Origin: Octopus sinensis
Lineage: Eukaryota
NCBI RefSeq assembly: GCF_006345805.1
Contig: NC_043005.1
Location: forward strand, 94,178,001-94,242,000
Length of the DNA: 64,000 nt
Reading direction: 5' to 3'
The translations under genes and the position numbers were made by a program. Position 1 is the first letter of the stretch, and the number at the start of each line of letters is the position of its first letter. This document shows positions 62,721 through 64,000 of the stretch, in pieces. The notes beneath the pieces are model-generated. The model was not told the origin of the DNA, ran no database searches, and was given only the letters and a program-made list of their open reading frames with translations.

Positions 62721-62949
62721 TCTTGCCAGACTTCTTTTGTATTCTTATTGTTGTGTATGCCTCATTTTTTTCTGGTCATTTCCCATCTCATGCACATTTA
62801 TTGTGCCGACTGCCAAGAATTCCTCCTCTGAGGTGTTTTGTTCCTGTAGTAGGGCATGTATATCTCTTTGTCTTCTCTTTGAAAATTGGGGCTTGTATTT
62901 CTGAGATTTTTTTAGTCTACACATTTTTCCCCAGTGGTTAGGTTTTCCA

Positions 62950-63646
62950 CATGCTTTGCAGTGTGTACCGAATGCAGGAAATTTCTTCCGGTTATCGAAC
63001 TCATGTTCTGTACCACAGTACTGGCATGTTCTTTGTTTGCGGGTATGTTTCGTCCTGTGCCTAGATACAATATCTACACTGCTGTCTAGTGGGCTTGTTT
63101 GTAAGGTGAGGCCATTTGTTTGGTAGTGGCTTCGAATGCTCTTGCAGTGTCTACTGCTTCTATCAACTGGAGAGCGTCCTTACCTATGAGGGACTTCTGA
63201 ACTTCTTTATGAGCACACCCCCATATTAATTGATCAACAATTCTTTCGTCCTTATCTTTGAATTTGCATTTTTCGGCAACATTCTTTAGTCTGGACAGGA
63301 AATTGTCAATCGTTTCCTGTGGGTCTTGTTTCAGGCCCTGGAATTCATATCTGTGAATTCTATGGTTCGATTTGGGCTCTAGGTGCCTTTCAAATTTCTC
63401 TAAAAGTGTGTCTGGGTTATTGCAATCCGATTCTGACATGTCCCAGCTATTGAATAGGTCTAGACCTTTTTCGCCCGTCCATAAAAGGATGTAGCTTACC
63501 TTTTCATCTTCAGTTGTGCCTTTCAGGAAACTTTTGAAAGCTAGTTTAGTTTTCTGTTTGAATTTCTTAAATGCCTCCACGATATCACCGGAGTCCCAGT
63601 TCATGGTCGGATGTAGATTCATCTGTACGGCGACGGGGGCCGCCAT
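62950..63646 (-). pseudogene. gag: Gag (186 aa open, then frameshifted CCHC knuckles)
   Basis: LLWTGEKGLDLFNSW, HRYEF..LKQ...ETIDNF, DQLIWG; CQYCGTEH...CKACGKPNHW at ~62950-63030. Confidence 0.88.
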
Positions 63647-63753
63647 TTTGGATTCTCGTGTATGTGTGTCCGAAGACGAAGCGATGTTTTGTTTGTTAAT
63701 TTCTGGTTCGTTGTGTTTCTGTTTTGTTGTAAAGGCACAGTTTCCGATTAATT

Positions 63754-63771
63754 ATCCCATCACTGCCACCA
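63754..63771 (-). promoter_or_regulatory. Primer binding site, tRNA-Leu type
   Basis: Minus strand TGGTGGCAGTGATGGGAT directly after the LTR; complementary (1 mismatch) to the AUCCCACCACUGCCACCA tRNA-Leu 3' end as recalled. Confidence 0.75.
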
Positions 63772-63997
63772 TGTTATGTGTTATTTCGTTCTAATGGGAT
63801 AGACAACCAATATGAAGCCATTGTTATTGTTTTACGTGTTTATTTACTTTTTCATGTTACACGAACTGACCACATTCAGCGCAGCAACACCTATATAACT
63901 TTAGACAGCGTAGTAATACTTATAAACTAGTGTCAAAAGCGGGGACGCATTCCGCACACGCACGCCCACCCATACGCATATATATGAATGTGTAACA
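63772..63997 (-). repeat. 5' LTR (226 bp)
   Basis: TG...CA termini; homologous to the other two LTR copies. Confidence 0.92.
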
Positions 63998-64000
63998 TGG

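Larger units (their letters stand above)
60842..63997 (-). mobile_element. Internally deleted Mag-type Ty3/Gypsy element (intact 5' LTR, ~45-bp remnant of 3' LTR)
   Basis: LTR 63772-63997, PBS, gag, CCHC, protease KIDTGAQ, partial RT fused to integrase C-tail, PPT at 60887-60898. Confidence 0.92.

Overview
This is a eukaryotic, repeat-saturated window with no protein-coding host gene. The dense (TA)/(CA)/(TAA)/(CAT) microsatellites and the SINE/RTE families suggest an octopus/coleoid cephalopod genome; that assignment is inference, not a database result. The only clear host gene is one tRNA-Asp(GTC) at 54610-54681 (-). The rest is transposable elements: two RTE-BovB LINEs; many pieces of a third RTE family carrying a PHD-like Cys cluster; a Penelope-like element (RT + C-terminal GIY-YIG) with hammerhead-ribozyme-bearing pLTRs; a young full-length CsRn1-type Ty3/Gypsy with apparently identical 418-bp LTRs; three pieces of a Mag-type Gypsy family; a ~10-kb chain of co-oriented R4/Dong-like LINE fragments at (TAA)n tracts; one mariner; one Merlin; two non-autonomous Helitrons; and tRNA-derived SINEs. 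The most striking unexplained pattern lies in the first 22 kb. It is a series of fold-back structures, three with a 1-nt loop, associated with Penelope-type minimal hammerhead motifs. These motifs include a canonical one with an ~86-nt stem II, one at the exact apex of a 228-bp palindrome, and a variant-core (CUGGCAA) candidate. All alignments were done by eye, and boundaries of degenerate elements are approximate.
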